Shown: positions 41,601 to 56,300 of the stretch, one piece after another
How positions within the stretch are numbered: the first letter of the stretch is position 1
Layout: every line of letters starts with the position of its first letter
Assembly (NCBI GenBank): GCA_964057225.1
Contig: OZ059899.1
Coordinates: 1,922,001 to 1,986,000, forward strand
Direction of reading: 5' to 3'
DNA from: Auanema rhodensis
Lineage: Eukaryota; Animalia; Nematoda
Length of the DNA: 64,000 nt
The notes under the pieces: model-generated
Database searches by the model: none
Told to the model about the DNA's origin: nothing
What the model saw: the letters and a program-made list of their open reading frames with translations, nothing else
Program-made: the position numbers and the translations under genes

Positions 41601-44110
41601 ATTTGTGTATCAAGCGTTTCTCAATGTAGTATAGTGCATTCGATGCGGATTTTTAAGCTGCGTCGATCTGTGTTATCAGATTTGCGCTAGCTTAAAAATG
41701 CACCGAGATATCAACTGATATAAGTTCACACTTATATCTTCGATTTTCACCCTGAAGAATTAATTTTTTTGTTGAATAACATTGTCCATCGTCTTTGCCT
41801 TAAAAAAGGAATCTAAAAACATCTACGTTTTGCTAAATTATTTTGAAATTTTTCGAAAAAATTTTTGTCAAAATGTTTTTGGAAGCAATGTTGAGTGTAC
41901 ATGGAAACTCAACATACACTAATGCATCATTTTTCAAACAATCATAACTAATTTGTGTATCAAGCGTTTCTCAATGTAGTATAGTGCATTCGATGCGGAT
42001 TTTTAAGCTGCGTCGATCTGTGTTATCAGATTTGCGCTAGCTTAAAAATGCACCGAGATATCAACTGATATAAGTTCACACTTATATCCTCGATTTTCAC
42101 CCTGAAGAATTAATTTTTTCGTTGAATAACATTGTCCATCGTCTTTGCCTTGAAAAATGGAATCTAAAAACATCTACTTTTTGCTAAATTATTTTGAAAT
42201 TTTTCGAAAAAATTTTTGTCAAAATGTTTTTGGAAGCAATGTTGAGTGTACATGGAAACCCAACATACACTAATGCATCATTTTTCAAACAATCATAACT
42301 AATTTGTGTATCAAGCGTTTCTCAATGTAGTATAGTGCATTCGATGCGGATTTTTAAGCTGCGTCGATCTGTGTTATCAGATTTGCGCTAGCTTAAAAAT
42401 GCACCGAGATATCAACTGATATAAGTTCACACTTATATCCTCGATTTTCACCCTGAAGAATTAATTTTTTCTTTGAATAACATTGTCCATCGTCTTTGCC
42501 TTGAAAAATGGAATCTAAAAACATTTACTTTTTGCTAAATTATTTTGAAATTTTTCGAAAAAATTTTTGTCAAAATGTTTTTGGAAGCAATGTTGAGTGT
42601 ACATGGAAACTCAACATACACTAATGCATCATTTTTCAAACAATCATAACTAATTTGTGTATCAAGCGTTTCTCAATGTAGTATAGTGCATTCGATGCGG
42701 ATTTTTAAGCTGCGTCGATCTGTGTTATCAGATTTGCGCTAGCTTAAAAATGCACCGAGATATCAACTGATATAAGTTCACACTTATATCCTCGATTTTC
42801 ACCCTGAAGAATTGATTTTTTCGTTGAATAACATTGTCCATCGTCTTTGCCTTGAAAAATGAAATCTAAAAACATCTACTTTTTGCTAAATTATTTTGAA
42901 ATTTTTCGAAAAAATTTTTGTCAAAATGTTTTTGGAAGCAATGTTAAGTGTACATGGAAACTCAACATACACTAATGCATCATTTTTCAAACGATCATAA
43001 CTAATTTTTGTATTGAGCGTTTCTCAATGTAGTATAGTGCATTCGATGCGGATTTTTAAGCTGCGTCGATCTGTGTTATCAGATTTGCGCTAGCTTAAAA
43101 ATGCACCGAGATATCAACTGATATAAGTTCACACTTATATCCTCGATTTTCACCCTGAAGAATTAATTTTTTCGTTGAATAACATTGTCCATCGTCTTTG
43201 CCTTGAAAAATGGAATCTAAAAACATCTACTTTTTGCTAAATTATTTTGAAATTTTTCGAAAAAATTTTTGTCAAAATGTTTTTGGAAGCAATGTTGAGT
43301 GTACATGGAAACTCAACATACACTAATGCATCATTTTTCAAACGATCATAACTAATTTTTGTATCAAGCGTTTCTCAACGTAGTATAGTGCATTCGATGC
43401 GGATTTTTAAGCTGCGTCGATCTGTGTTATCAGATTTGCGCTAGCTTAAAAATGCACCGAGATATCAACTGATATAAGTTCACACTTATATCCTCAATTT
43501 TCACCCTGAAGAATTGATTTTTTCGTTGAATAACATTGTCCATCGTCTTTGCCTTGGAAAATGAAATCTGAAAACATCTACTTTTTGCTAAATTATTTTG
43601 AAATTTTTCGAAAAAATTTTTGTCAAAATGTTTTTGGAAGCAATGTTGAGTGTACATGGAAACTCAACATACACTAATGCATCATTTTTCAAACGATCAT
43701 AACTAATTTTTGTATTGTGCGTTTCTCAATGTAGTATAGTGCATTCGATGCGGATTTTTAAGCTGCGTCGATCTGTGTTATCAGATTTGCGCTAGCTTAA
43801 AAATGCACCGAGATATCAACTGATATAAGTTCACACTTATATCCTCGATTTTCACCCTGAAGAAATAATTTTTTCGTTGAATAACATTGTCCATCGTCTT
43901 TGCCTTGAAAAAAGGAATCTAAAAACATCTACTTTTTGCTAAATTATTTTGAAATTTTTCGAAAAAATTTTTGTCAAAATGTTTTTGGAAACAATGTTGA
44001 GTGTACATGGAAACTCAACATACACTAATGCATCATTTTTCAAACGATCATAACTAATTTTTGTATTAAGCGTTTCTCAATGTAGTATAGTGCATTCGAT
44101 GCGGATTTTT
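31613..44110. repeat. Long-lag duplication: ~31613-36030 repeated at ~40044-44110 (lag 8431, then 8078)
   Basis: Private variants CTACGTT (33749/41827), AAACCCAAC (34181/42259) and TTCTTTGAAT (34393/42471) are all at lag 8078. Upstream monomers match at lag 8431, which is one 353-bp monomer more. Confidence 0.82.
34425..37233. repeat. 8-monomer higher-order repeat unit, copy 3
   Basis: Monomer starts A 34425, B 34776, C 35127, D 35478, E 35829, F 36180, G 36533, H 36884, with the same diagnostic variants. Confidence 0.85.
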
Positions 44111-47100
44111 TAGCTGCGTCGATCAGTGTTATCAGATTTGCGCTAGCTTAAAAATGCACCGAGATATCAACTGATATAAGTTCACACTTATATCCTCGAT
44201 TTCCACCCTGAAGAATTAATTTTTTCGTTGAATAACATTGTCCATCGTCTTTGCCTTGAAAAATGGAATCTAAAAACATCTACTTTTTGCTAAATTATTT
44301 TGAAATTTTTCGAAAAAATTTTTGTCAAAATGTTTTTGGAAGCAATGTTGAGTGTACATGGAAACTCAACATACACTAATGCATCATTTTTCAAACGATC
44401 ATAACTAATTTTTGTATTAAGCGTTTCTCAATGTAGTATAGTGCATTCGATGCGGATTTTTAAGCTGCGTCGATCAGTGTTATCAGATTTGCGCTAGCTT
44501 AAAAATGCACCGAGATATCAACTGATATAAGTTCACACTTATATCCTCGATTTTCACCCTGAAGAATTAATTTTTTCGTTGAATAACATTGTCCATCGTC
44601 TTTGCCTTGAAAAATGGAATCTAAAAACATCTACTTTTGCTAAATTATTTCGAAATTTTTCGAAAAAATTTTTGTCAAAATGTTTTTGGAAGCAATGTTG
44701 AGTGTACATGGAAACTCAACATACACTAATGCATCATTTTTCAAAAGATCATAACTAATTTTTGTATCAAGCGTTTCTCAATGTAGTATGGTGCATTCGA
44801 TGCGGAATTTTAAGCTGCGTCGATCTGTGTTATCAGATTTGCGCTAGCTTAAAAATGCACCGAGATATCAACTGATATAAGTTCACACTTATATCCTCGA
44901 TTTTCACCCTGAAGAAATAATTTTTTCGTTGAATAACATTGTCCATCGTCTTTGCCTTGAAAAAAGGAATCTAAAAACATCTACTTTTTGCTAAATTATT
45001 TTGAAATTTTTCGAAAAAATTTTTGTCAAAATGTTTTTGGAAACAATGTTGAGTGTACATGGAAACTCAACATACACTAATGCATCATTTTTCAAACGAT
45101 CATAACTAATTTTTGTATTAAGCGTTTCTCAATGTAGTATAGTGCATTCGATGCGGATTTTTAAGCTGCGTCGATCGGTGTTATCAGATTTGCGCTAGCT
45201 TAAAAATGCACCGAGATATCAACTGATATAAGTTCACACTTATATCCTCGATTTTCACCCTGAAGAATTAATTTTTTCGTTGAATAACATTGTCCATCGT
45301 CTTTGCCTTGAAAAATGGAATCTAAAAACATCTACTTTTTGCTAAATTATTTTGAAATTTTTCGAAAAAATTTTTGTCAAAATGTTTTTGGAAGCAATGT
45401 TGAGTGTACATGGAAACTCAACATACACTAATGCATCATTTTTCAAACGATCATAACTAATTTTTGTATTGTGCGTTTCTCAATGTAGTATAGTGCATTC
45501 GATGCGGATTTTTAAGCTGCGTCGATCTGTGTTATCAGATTTGCGCTAGCTTAAAAATGCACCGAGATATCAACTGATATAAGTTCACACTTATATCCTC
45601 GATTTTCACCCTGAAGAAATAATTTTTTCGTTGAATAACATTGTCCATCGTCTTTGCCTTGAAAAAAGGAATCTAAAAACATCTACTTTTTGCTAAATTA
45701 TTTTGAAATTTTTCGAAAAAATTTTTGTCAAAATGTTTTTGGAAACAATGTTGAGTGTACATGGAAACTCAACATACACTAATGCATCATTTTTCAAACG
45801 ATCATAACTAATTTTTGTATTAAGCGTTTCTCAATGTAGTATAGTGCATTCGATGCGGATTTTTAAGCTGCGTCGATCGGTGTTATCAGATTTGCGCTAG
45901 CTTAAAAATGCACCGAGATATCAACTGATATAAGTTCACACTTATATCCTCGATTTTCACCCTGAAGAATTAATTTTTTCGTTGAATAACATTGTCCATC
46001 GTCTTTGCCTTGAAAAATGGAATCTAAAAACATCTACTTTTTGCTAAATTATTTTGAAATTTTTCGAAAAAATTTTTGTCAAAATGTTTTTGGAAGCAAT
46101 GTTGAGTGTACATGGAAACTCAACATACACTAATGCATCATTTTTCAAACGATCATAACTAATTTTTGTATTGTGCGTTTCTCAATGTAGTATAGTGCAT
46201 TCGATGCGGATTTTTAAGCTGCGTCGATCTGTGTTATCAGATTTGCGCTAGCTTAAAAATGCACCGAGATATCAACTGATATAAGTTCACACATATATCC
46301 TCGATTTTCACCCTGAAGAAATAATTTTTTCGTTGAATAACATTGTCCATCGTCTTTGCCTTGAAAAAAGGAATCTAAAAACATCTACTTTTTGCTAAAT
46401 TATTTTGAAATTTTTCGAAAAAATTTTTGTCAAAATGTTTTTGGAAACAATGTTGAGTGTACATGGAAACTCAACATACACTAATGCATCATTTTTCAAA
46501 CGATCATAACTAATTTTTGTATTAAGCGTTTCTCAATGTAGTATAGTGCATTCGATGCGGATTTTTAAGCTGCGTCGATCTGTGTTATCAGATTTGCGCT
46601 AGCTTAAAAATGCACCGAGATATCAACTGATATAAGTTCACACTTATATCCTCGATTTTCACCCTGAAGAATTAATTTTTTCGTTGAATAACATTGTCCA
46701 TCGTCTTTGCCTTGAAAAATGGAATCTAAAAACATCTACTTTTTGCTAAATTATTTTGAAATTTTTCGAAAAAATTTTTGTCAAAATGTTTTTGGAAACA
46801 ATGTTGAGTGTACATGGAAACTCAACATACACTAATGCATCATTTTTCAAACGATCATAACTAATTTTTGTATTAAGCGTTTCTCAATGTAGTATAGTGC
46901 ATTCGATGCGGATTTTTAAGCTGCGTCGATCGGTGTTATCAGATTTGCGCTAGCTTAAAAATGCACCGAGATATCAACTGATATAAGTTCACACTTATAT
47001 CCTCGATTTTCACCCTGAAGAATTAATTTTTTCGTTGAATAACATTGTCCATCGTCTTTGCCTTGAAAAATGGAATCTAAAAACATCTACTTTTTGCTAA

Positions 47101-50100
47101 ATTATTTTGAAATTTTTCGAAAAAATTTTTGTCAAAATGTTTTTGGAAGCAATGTTAAGTGTACATGGAAACTCAACATACACTAATGCATCATTTTTCA
47201 AACGATCATAACTAATTTTTGTATTGTGCGTTTCTCAATGTAGTATAGTGCATTCGATGCGGATTTTTAAGCTGCGTCGATCTGTGTTATCAGATTTGCG
47301 CTAGCTTAAAAATGCACCGAGATATCAACTGATATAAGTTCACACTTATATCCTCGATTTTCACCCTGAAGAAATAATTTTTTCGTTGAATAACATTGTC
47401 CATCGTCTTTGCCTTGAAAAAAGGAATCTAAAAACATCTACTTTTTGCTAAATTATTTTGAAATTTTTCGAAAAAATTTTTGTCAAAATGTTTTTGGAAA
47501 CAATGTTGAGTGTACATGTAAACTCAACATACACTAATGCATCATTTTTCAAACGATCATAACTAATTTTTGTATTAAGCGTTTCTCAATGTAGTATAGT
47601 GCATTCGATGCGGATTTTTTAGCTGCGTCGATCAGTGTTATCAAATTTGCGCTAGCTTAAAAATGCACCGAGATATCAACTGATATAAGTTCACACTTAT
47701 ATCCTCGATTTTCACCCTGAAGAATTAATTTTTTCGTTGAATAACATTGTCCATCGTCTTTGCCTTGAAAAATGGAATCTAAAAACATCTACTTTTTGCT
47801 AAATTATTTTGAAATTTTTCGAAAAAATTTTTGTCAAAATGTTTTTGGAAGCAATGTTGAGTGTACATGGAAACTCAACATACACTAATGCATCATTTTT
47901 CAAACGATCATAACTAATTTTTGTATCAAGCGTTTCTCGATGTAGTATAGTGCATTCGATACGGATTTTTAAGCTGCGTCGATCTGTGTTATCAGATTTG
48001 CGCTAGCTTAAAAATGCACCGAGATATCAACTGATATAAGTTCACACTTATATCCTCGATTTTCACCCTGAAGAATTAATTTTTTCGTTGAATAACATTG
48101 TCCATCGTCTTTGCCTTGAAAAATGGAATCTAAAAACATCTTTTTTTTTGCTAAATTATTTTGAAATTTCTCGAAAAAATTTTTGTCAAAATGTTTTTGG
48201 AAGCAATGTTGAGTGTACATGGAAACTCAACATACACTAATGCATCATTTTTCAAACAATCATAACTAATTTGTGTATTAAGCGTTTCTCAATGTAGTAT
48301 AGTGCATTCGATGCGGATTTTTAAGCTGCGTCGATCTGTGTTATCAGATTTGCGCTAGCTTAAAAATGCACCGAGATATCAACTGATATAAGTTCACACT
48401 TATATCCTCGATTTTCACCCTGAAGAAATAATTTTTTCGTTGAATAACATTGTCCATCGTCTTTGCCTTGAAAAAAGGAATCTAAAAACATCTACTTTTT
48501 GCTAAATTATTTTGAAATTTTTCGAAAAAATTTTTGTCAAAATGTTTTTGGAAACAATGTTGAGTGTACATGGAAACTCAACATACACTAATGCATCATT
48601 TTTCAAACGATCATAACTAATTTTTGTATTAAGCGTTTCTCAATGTAGTATAGTGCATTCGATGCGGATTTTTAAGCTGCGTCGATCGGTGTTATCAGAT
48701 TTGCGCTAGCTTAAAAATGCACCGAGATATCAACTGATATAAGTTCACACTTATATCCTCGATTTTCACCCTGAAGAATTAATTTTTTCGTTGAATAACA
48801 TTGTCCATCGTCTTTGCCTTGAAAAATGGAATCTAAAAACATCTACTTTTTGCTAAATTATTTTGAAATTTTTCGAAAAAATTTTTGTCAAAATGTTTTT
48901 GGAAGCAATGTTGAGTGTACATGGAAACTCAACATACACTAATGCATCATTTTTCAAACGATCATAACTAATTTTTGTATTGTGCGTTTCTCAATGTAGT
49001 ATAGTGCATTCGATGCGGATTTTTAAGCTGCGTGGATCTGTGTTATCAGATTTGCGCTAGCTTAAAAATGCACCGAGATATCAACTGATATAAGTTCACA
49101 CTTATATCCTCGATTTTCACCCTGAAGAAATAATTTTTTCGTTGAATAACATTGTCCATCGTCTTTGCCTTGAAAAATGGAATCTAAAAACATCTACTTT
49201 TTGCTAAATTATTTTGAAATTTTTCGAAAAAATTTTTGTCAAAATGTTTTTGGAAGCAATGTTGAGTGTACATGGAAACTCAACATACACTAATGCATCA
49301 TTTTTCAAACGATCATAACTAATTTTTGTATTGTGCGTTTCTCAATGTAGTATAGTGCATTCGATGCGGATTTTTAAGCTGCGTCGATCTGTGTTATCAG
49401 ATTTGCGCTAGCTTAAAAATGCACCGAGATATCAACTGATATAAGTTCACACTTATATCCTCGATTTTCACCCTGAAGAAATAATTTTTTCGTTGAATAA
49501 CATTGTCCATCGTCTTTGCCTTGAAAAAAGGAATCTAAAAACATCTACTTTTTGCTAAATTATTTTGAAATTTTTCGAAAAAATTTTTGTCAAAATGTTT
49601 TTGGAAACAATGTTGAGTGTACATGGAAACTCAACATACACTAATGCATCATTTTTCAAACGATCATAACTAATTTTTGTATTAAGCGTTTCTCAATGTA
49701 GTATAGTGCATTCGATGCGGATTTTTTAGCTGCGTCGATCAGTGTTATCAAATTTGCGCTAGCTTAAAAATGCACCGAGATATCAACTGATATAAGTTCA
49801 CACTTATATCCTCGATTTTCACCCTGAAGAATTAATTTTTTCGTTGAATAACATTGTCCATCGTCTTTGCCTTGAAAAATGGAATCTAAAAACATCTACT
49901 TTTTGCTAAATTATTTTGAAATTTTTCGAAAAAATTTTTGTCAAAATGTTTTTGGAAGCAATGTTGAGTGTACATGGAAACTCAACATACACTAATGCAT
50001 CATTTTTCAAACGATCATAACTAATTTTTGTATCAAGCGTTTCTCGATGTAGTATAGTGCATTCGATACGGATTTTTAAGCTGCGTCGATCTGTGTTATC

Positions 50101-51979
50101 AGATTTGCGCTAGCTTAAAAATGCACCGAGATATCAACTGATATAAGTTCACACTTATATCCTCGATTTTCACCCTGAAGAAATAATTTTTTCGTTGAAT
50201 AACATTGTCCATCGTCTTTGCCTTGAAAAAAGGAATCTAAAAACATCTACTTTTTGCTAAATTATTTTGAAATTTTTCGAAAAAATTTTTGTCAAAATGT
50301 TTTTGGAAACAATGTTGAGTGTACATGGAAACTCAACATACACTAATGCATCATTTTTCAAACGATCATAACTAATTTTTGTATTAAGCGTTTCTCAATG
50401 TAGTATAGTGCATTCGATGCGGATTTTTTAGCTGCGTTGATCAGTGTTATCAAATTTGCGCTAGCTTAAAAATGCACCGAGATATCAACTGATATAAGTT
50501 CACACTTATATCCTCGATTTTCACCCTGAAGAATTAATTTTTTCGTTGAATAACATTGTCCATCGTCTTTGCCTTGAAAAATGGAATCTAAAAACATCTA
50601 CTTTTTGCTAAATTATTTTGAAATTTTTCGAAAAAATTTTTGTCAAAATGTTTTTGGAAGCAATGTTGAGTGTACATGGAAACTCAACATACACTAATGC
50701 ATCATTTTTCAAACGATCATAACTAATTTTTGTATCAAGCGTTTCTCGATGTAGTATAGTGCATTCGATACGGATTTTTAAGCTGCGTCGATCTGTGTTA
50801 TCAGATTTGCGCTAGCTTAAAAATGCACCGAGATATCAACTGATATAAGTTCACACTTATATCCTCGATTTTCACCCTGAAGAATTAATTTTTTCGTTGA
50901 ATAACATTGTCCATCGTCTTTGCCTTGAAAATGGAATCTAAAAACATCTTTTTTTTTGCTAAATTATTTTGAAATTTCTCGAAAAAATTTTTGTCAAAAT
51001 GTTTTTGGAAGCAATGTTGAGTGTACATGGAAACTCAACATACACTAATGCATCATTTTTCAAACAATCATAACTATTTTGTGTATTAAGCGTTTCTCAA
51101 TGTAGTATAGTGCATTCGATGCGGATTTTTAAGCTGCGTCGATCTGTGTTATCAGATTTGCGCTAGCTTAAAAATGCACCGAGATATCAACTGATATAAG
51201 TTCACACTTATATCCTCGATTTTCACCTTGAAGAATTGATTTTTTCGTTGAATAACATTGTCTATCGTCTTTGCCTTGAAAAATGGAATCTAAAAACATC
51301 TACTTTTTGCTAAATTATTTTGAAATTTTTCGAAAAAATTTTTGTCAAAATGTTTTTGGAAGCAATGTTGAGTGTACATGGAAACTCAACATACACTAAT
51401 GCATCATTTTTCAAACGATCATAACTAATTTTTGTATCAAGCGTTTCTCGATGTAGTATAGTGCATTCGATGCGGATTTTTAAGCTGCGTCGATCTGTGT
51501 TATCAGATTTGCGCTAGCTTAAAAATGCACCGAGATATCAACTGATATAAGTTCACACTTATATCCTCGATTTTCACCCTGAAGAATTAATTTTTTCGTT
51601 GAATAACATTGTCCATCGTCTTTGCCTCGAAAAATGGAATCTAAAAACATCTACTTTTTGCTAAATTATTTTGAAATTTTTCGAAAAAATTTTTGTCAAA
51701 ATGTTTTTGGAAGCAATGTTGAGTGTACATGGAAATTCAACATACACTAATGCATCATTTTTCAAACGATCATAACTAATTTTTGTATCAAGCGTTTCTC
51801 GATGTAGTATAGTGCATTCGATGCGGATTTTTAAGCTGCGTCGATCTGTGTTATCAGATTTGCGCTAGCTTAAAAATGCACCGAGATATCAACTGATATA
51901 AGTTCACACTTATATCCTCGATTTTCACCCTGAAGAATTAATTTTTTCGTTGAATAACATTGTCCATCGTCTTTGCCTC

Positions 51980-53383
51980 GAAAAATGGAATCTAAAAACA
52001 TCTACTTTTTGCTAAATTATTTTGAAATTTTTCGAAAAAATTTTTGTCAAAATGTTTTTGGAAGCAATGTTGAGTGTACATGGAAATTCAACATACACTA
52101 ATGCATCATTTTTCAAACAATCATAACTAATTTGTGTATTAAGCGTTTCTCAATGTAGTATAGTGCATTCGATGCGGATTTTTAAGCTGCGTCGATCTGT
52201 GTTATCAGATTTGCGCTAGCTTAAAAATGCACCGAGATATCAACTGATATAAGTTCACACTTATATCCTCGATTTTCACCCTGAAGAATTGATTTTTTCG
52301 TTGAATAACATTGTCTATCGTCTTTGCCTTGAAAAATGGAATCTAAAAACATCTACTTTTTGCTAAATTATTTTGAAATTTTTCGAAAACATTTTTGTCA
52401 AAATGTTTTTGGAAGCAATGTTGAGTGTACATGGAAACTCAACATACACTAATGCATCATTTTTCAAACGATCATAACTAATTTTTGTATCAAGCGTTTC
52501 TCGATGTAGTATAGTGCATTCGATGCGGATTTTTAAGCTGCGTCGATCTGTGTTATCAGATTTGCGCTAGCTTAAAAATGCACCGAGATATCAACTGATA
52601 TAAGTTCACACTTATATCCTCGATTTTCACCCTGAAGAAATAATTTTTTCGTTGAATAACATTGTCCATCGTCTTTGCCTTGAAAAAAGGAATCTAAAAA
52701 CATCTACTTTTTGCTAAATTATTTTGAAATTTTTCGAAAAAATTTTTGTCAAAATGTTTTTGGAAGCAATGTTGAGTGTACATGGAAATTCAACATACAC
52801 TAATGCATCATTTTTCAAACAATCATAACTAATTTGTGTATTAAGCGTTTCTCAATGTAGTATAGTGCATTCGATGCGGATTTTTAAGCTGCGTCGATCT
52901 GTGTTATCAGATTTGCGCTAGCTTAAAAATGCACCGAGATATCAACTGATATAAGTTCACACTTATATCCTCGATTTTCACCCTGAAGAATTGATTTTTT
53001 CGTTGAATAACATTGTCTATCGTCTTTGCCTTGAAAAATGGAATCTAAAAACATCTACTTTTTGCTAAATTATTTTGAAATTTTTCGAAAACATTTTTGT
53101 CAAAATGTTTTTGGAAGCAATGTTGAGTGTACATGGAAACTCAACATACACTAATGCATCATTTTTCAAACGATCATAACTAATTTTTGTATCAAGCGTT
53201 TCTCGATGTAGTATAGTGCATTCGATGCGGATTTTTAAGCTGCGTCGATCTGTGTTATCAGATTTGCGCTAGCTTAAAAATGCACCGAGATATCAACTGA
53301 TATAAGTTCACACTTATATCCTCGATTTTCACCCTGAAGAAATAATTTTTTCGTTGAATAACATTGTCCATCGTCTTTGCCTT
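51980..53383. repeat. Tandem duplication of a dimer (lag 702 bp)
   Basis: An AAATTC+GTCTA monomer followed by an AAAACAT+GAAATA monomer occurs twice (marker C at 52390 and 53092). Confidence 0.8.
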
Positions 53384-56300
53384 GAAAAAAGGAATCTAAA
53401 AACATCTACTTTTTGCTAAATTATTTTGAAATTTTTCGAAAAAATTTTTGTCAAAATGTTTTTGGAAACAATGTTGAGTGTACATGGAAACTCAACATAC
53501 ACTAATGCATCATTTTTCAAACGATCATAACTAATTTTTGTATTAAGCGTTTCTCAATGTAGTATAGTGCATTTGATGCGGATTTTTTAGCTGCGTCGAT
53601 CAGTGTTATCAAATTTGCGCTAGCTTAAAAATGCACCGAGATATCAACTGATATAAGTTCACACTTATATCCTCGATTTTCACCCTGAAGAATTAATTTT
53701 TTCGTTGAATAACATTGTCCATCGTCTTTGCCTTGAAAAATGGAATCTAAAAACATCTACTTTTTGCTAAATTATTTTGAAATTTTTCGAAAAAATTTTT
53801 GTCAAAATGTTTTTGGAAGCAATGTTGAGTGTACATGGAAACTCAACATACACTAATGCATCATTTTTCAAACGATCATAACTAATTTTTGTATCAAGCG
53901 TTTCTCGATGTAGTATAGTGCATTCGATACGGATTTTTAAGCTGCGTCGATCTGTGTTATCAGATTTGCGCTAGCTTAAAAATGCACCGAGATATCAACT
54001 GATATAAGTTCACACTTATATCCTCGATTTTCACCCTGAAGAATTAATTTTTTCGTTGAATAACATTGTCCATCGTCTTTGCCTTGAAAAATGGAATCTA
54101 AAAACATCTTTTTTTTTGCTAAATTATTTTGAAATTTCTCGAAAAAATTTTTGTCAAAATGTTTTTGGAAGCAATGTTGAGTGTACATGGAAACTCAACA
54201 TACACTAATGCATCATTTTTCAAACAATCATAACTAATTTGTGTATTAAGCGTTTCTCAATGTAGTATAGTGCATTCGATGCGGATTTTTAAGCTGCGTC
54301 GATCTGTGTTATCAGATTTGCGCTAGCTTAAAAATGCACCGAGATATCAACTGATATAAGTTCACACTTATATCCTCGATTTTCACCCTGAAGAATTGAT
54401 TTTTTCGTTGAATAACATTGTCTATCGTCTTTGCCTTGAAAAATGGAATCTAAAAACATCTACTTTTTGCTAAATTATTTTGAAATTTTTCAAAAAAATT
54501 TTTGTCAAAATGTTTTTGGAAGCAATGTTGAGTGTACATGGAAACTCAACATACACTAATGCATCATTTTTCAAACGATCATAACTAATTTTTGTATCAA
54601 GCGTTTCTCGATGTAGTATAGTGCATTCGATGCGGATTTTTAAGCTGCGTCGATCTGTGTTATCAGATTTGCGCTAGCTTAAAAATGCACCGAGATATCA
54701 ACTGATATAAGTTCACACTTATATCCTCGATTTTCACCCTGAAGAATTAATTTTTTCGTTGAATAACATTGTCCATCGTCTTTGCCTTGAAAAATGGAAT
54801 CTAAAAACATCTACTTTTTGCTAAATTATTTTGAAATTTTTCGAAAAAATTTTTGTCAAAATGTTTTTGGAAGCAATGTTGAGTGTACATGGAAACTCAA
54901 CATACACTAATGCATCATTTTTCAAACGATCATAACTAATTTTTGTATCAAGCGTTTCTCGATGTAGTATAGTGCATTCGATACGGATTTTTAAGCTGCG
55001 TCGATCTGTGTTATCAGATTTGCGCTAGCTTAAAAATGCACCGAGATATCAACTGATATAAGTTCACACTTATATCCTCGATTTTCACCCTGAAGAATTA
55101 ATTTTTTCGTTGAATAACATTGTCCATCGTCTTTGCCTTGAAAATGGAATCTAAAAACATCTTTCTTTTTGCTAAATTATTTTGAAATTTCTCGAAAAAA
55201 TTTTTGTCAAAATGTTTTTGGAAGCAATGTTGAGTGTACATGGAAACTCAACATACACTAATGCATCATTTTTCAAACAATCATAACTATTTTGTGTATT
55301 AAGCGTTTCTCAATGTAGTATAGTGCATTCGATGCGGATTTTTAAGCTGCGTCGATCTGTGTTATCAGATTTGCGCTAGCTTAAAAATGCACCGAGATAT
55401 CAACTGATATAAGTTCACACTTATATCCTCGATTTTCAAATTGAAGAATTGATTTTTTCGTTAAATAACATTGTCTATCGTCTTTGCCTTGAAAAATGGA
55501 ATCTAAAAACATCTACTTTTTGCTAAATTATTTTGAAATTTTTCGAAAAAATTTTTGTCAAAATGTTTTTGGAAGCAATGTTGAGTGTACATGGAAACTC
55601 AACATACACTAATGCATCATTTTTCAAACTATCATAACTAATTTTTGTATCAAGCGTTTCTCGATGTAGTATAGTGCATTCGATGCGGATTTTTAAGCTG
55701 CGTCGATCTGTGTTATCAGATTTGCGCTAGCTTAAAAATGCACCGAGATATCAACTGATATAAGTTCACACTTATATCCTCGATTTTCACCCTGAAGAAT
55801 TAATTTTTTCGTTGAATAACATTGTCCATCGTCTTTGCCTCGAAAAATGGAATCTAAAAACATCTACTTTTTGCTAAATTATTTTGAAATTTTTCGAAAA
55901 AATTTTTGTCAAAATGTTTTTGGAAGCAATGTTGAGTGTACATGGAAATTCAACATACACTAATGCATCATTTTTCAAACAATCATAACTAATTTGTGTA
56001 TTAAGCGTTTCTCAATGTAGTATAGTGCATTCGATGCGGATTTTTAAGCTGCGTCGATCTGTGTTATCAGATTTGCGCTAGCTTAAAAATGCACCGAGAT
56101 ATCAACTGATATAAGTTCACACTTATATCCTCGATTTTCACCCTGAAGAATTGATTTTTTCGTTGAATAACATTGTCTATCGTCTTTGCCTTGAAAAATG
56201 GAATCTAAAAACATCTACTTTTTGCTAAATTATTTTGAAATTTTTTGAAAACATTTTTGTCAAAATGTTTTTGGAAGCAATGTTGAGTGTACATGGAAAC

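Noticed and set aside
43430-43657. 75-aa minus-strand ORF
   Set aside because: It arises from a point variant (ATCTAA to ATCTGA at ~43570) that removes a TAG on the minus strand in a single monomer; this is a chance ORF.
17446-54188. Six 70-aa minus-strand ORFs (MYTQHCFQKHF...)
   Set aside because: They exist only because the +1 poly-T allele shifts the frame past a stop. Four other poly-T monomers (19313, 23179, 50927, 55140) lack the ORF. The product is a K/F-rich homopolymer translation with no recognisable domain.
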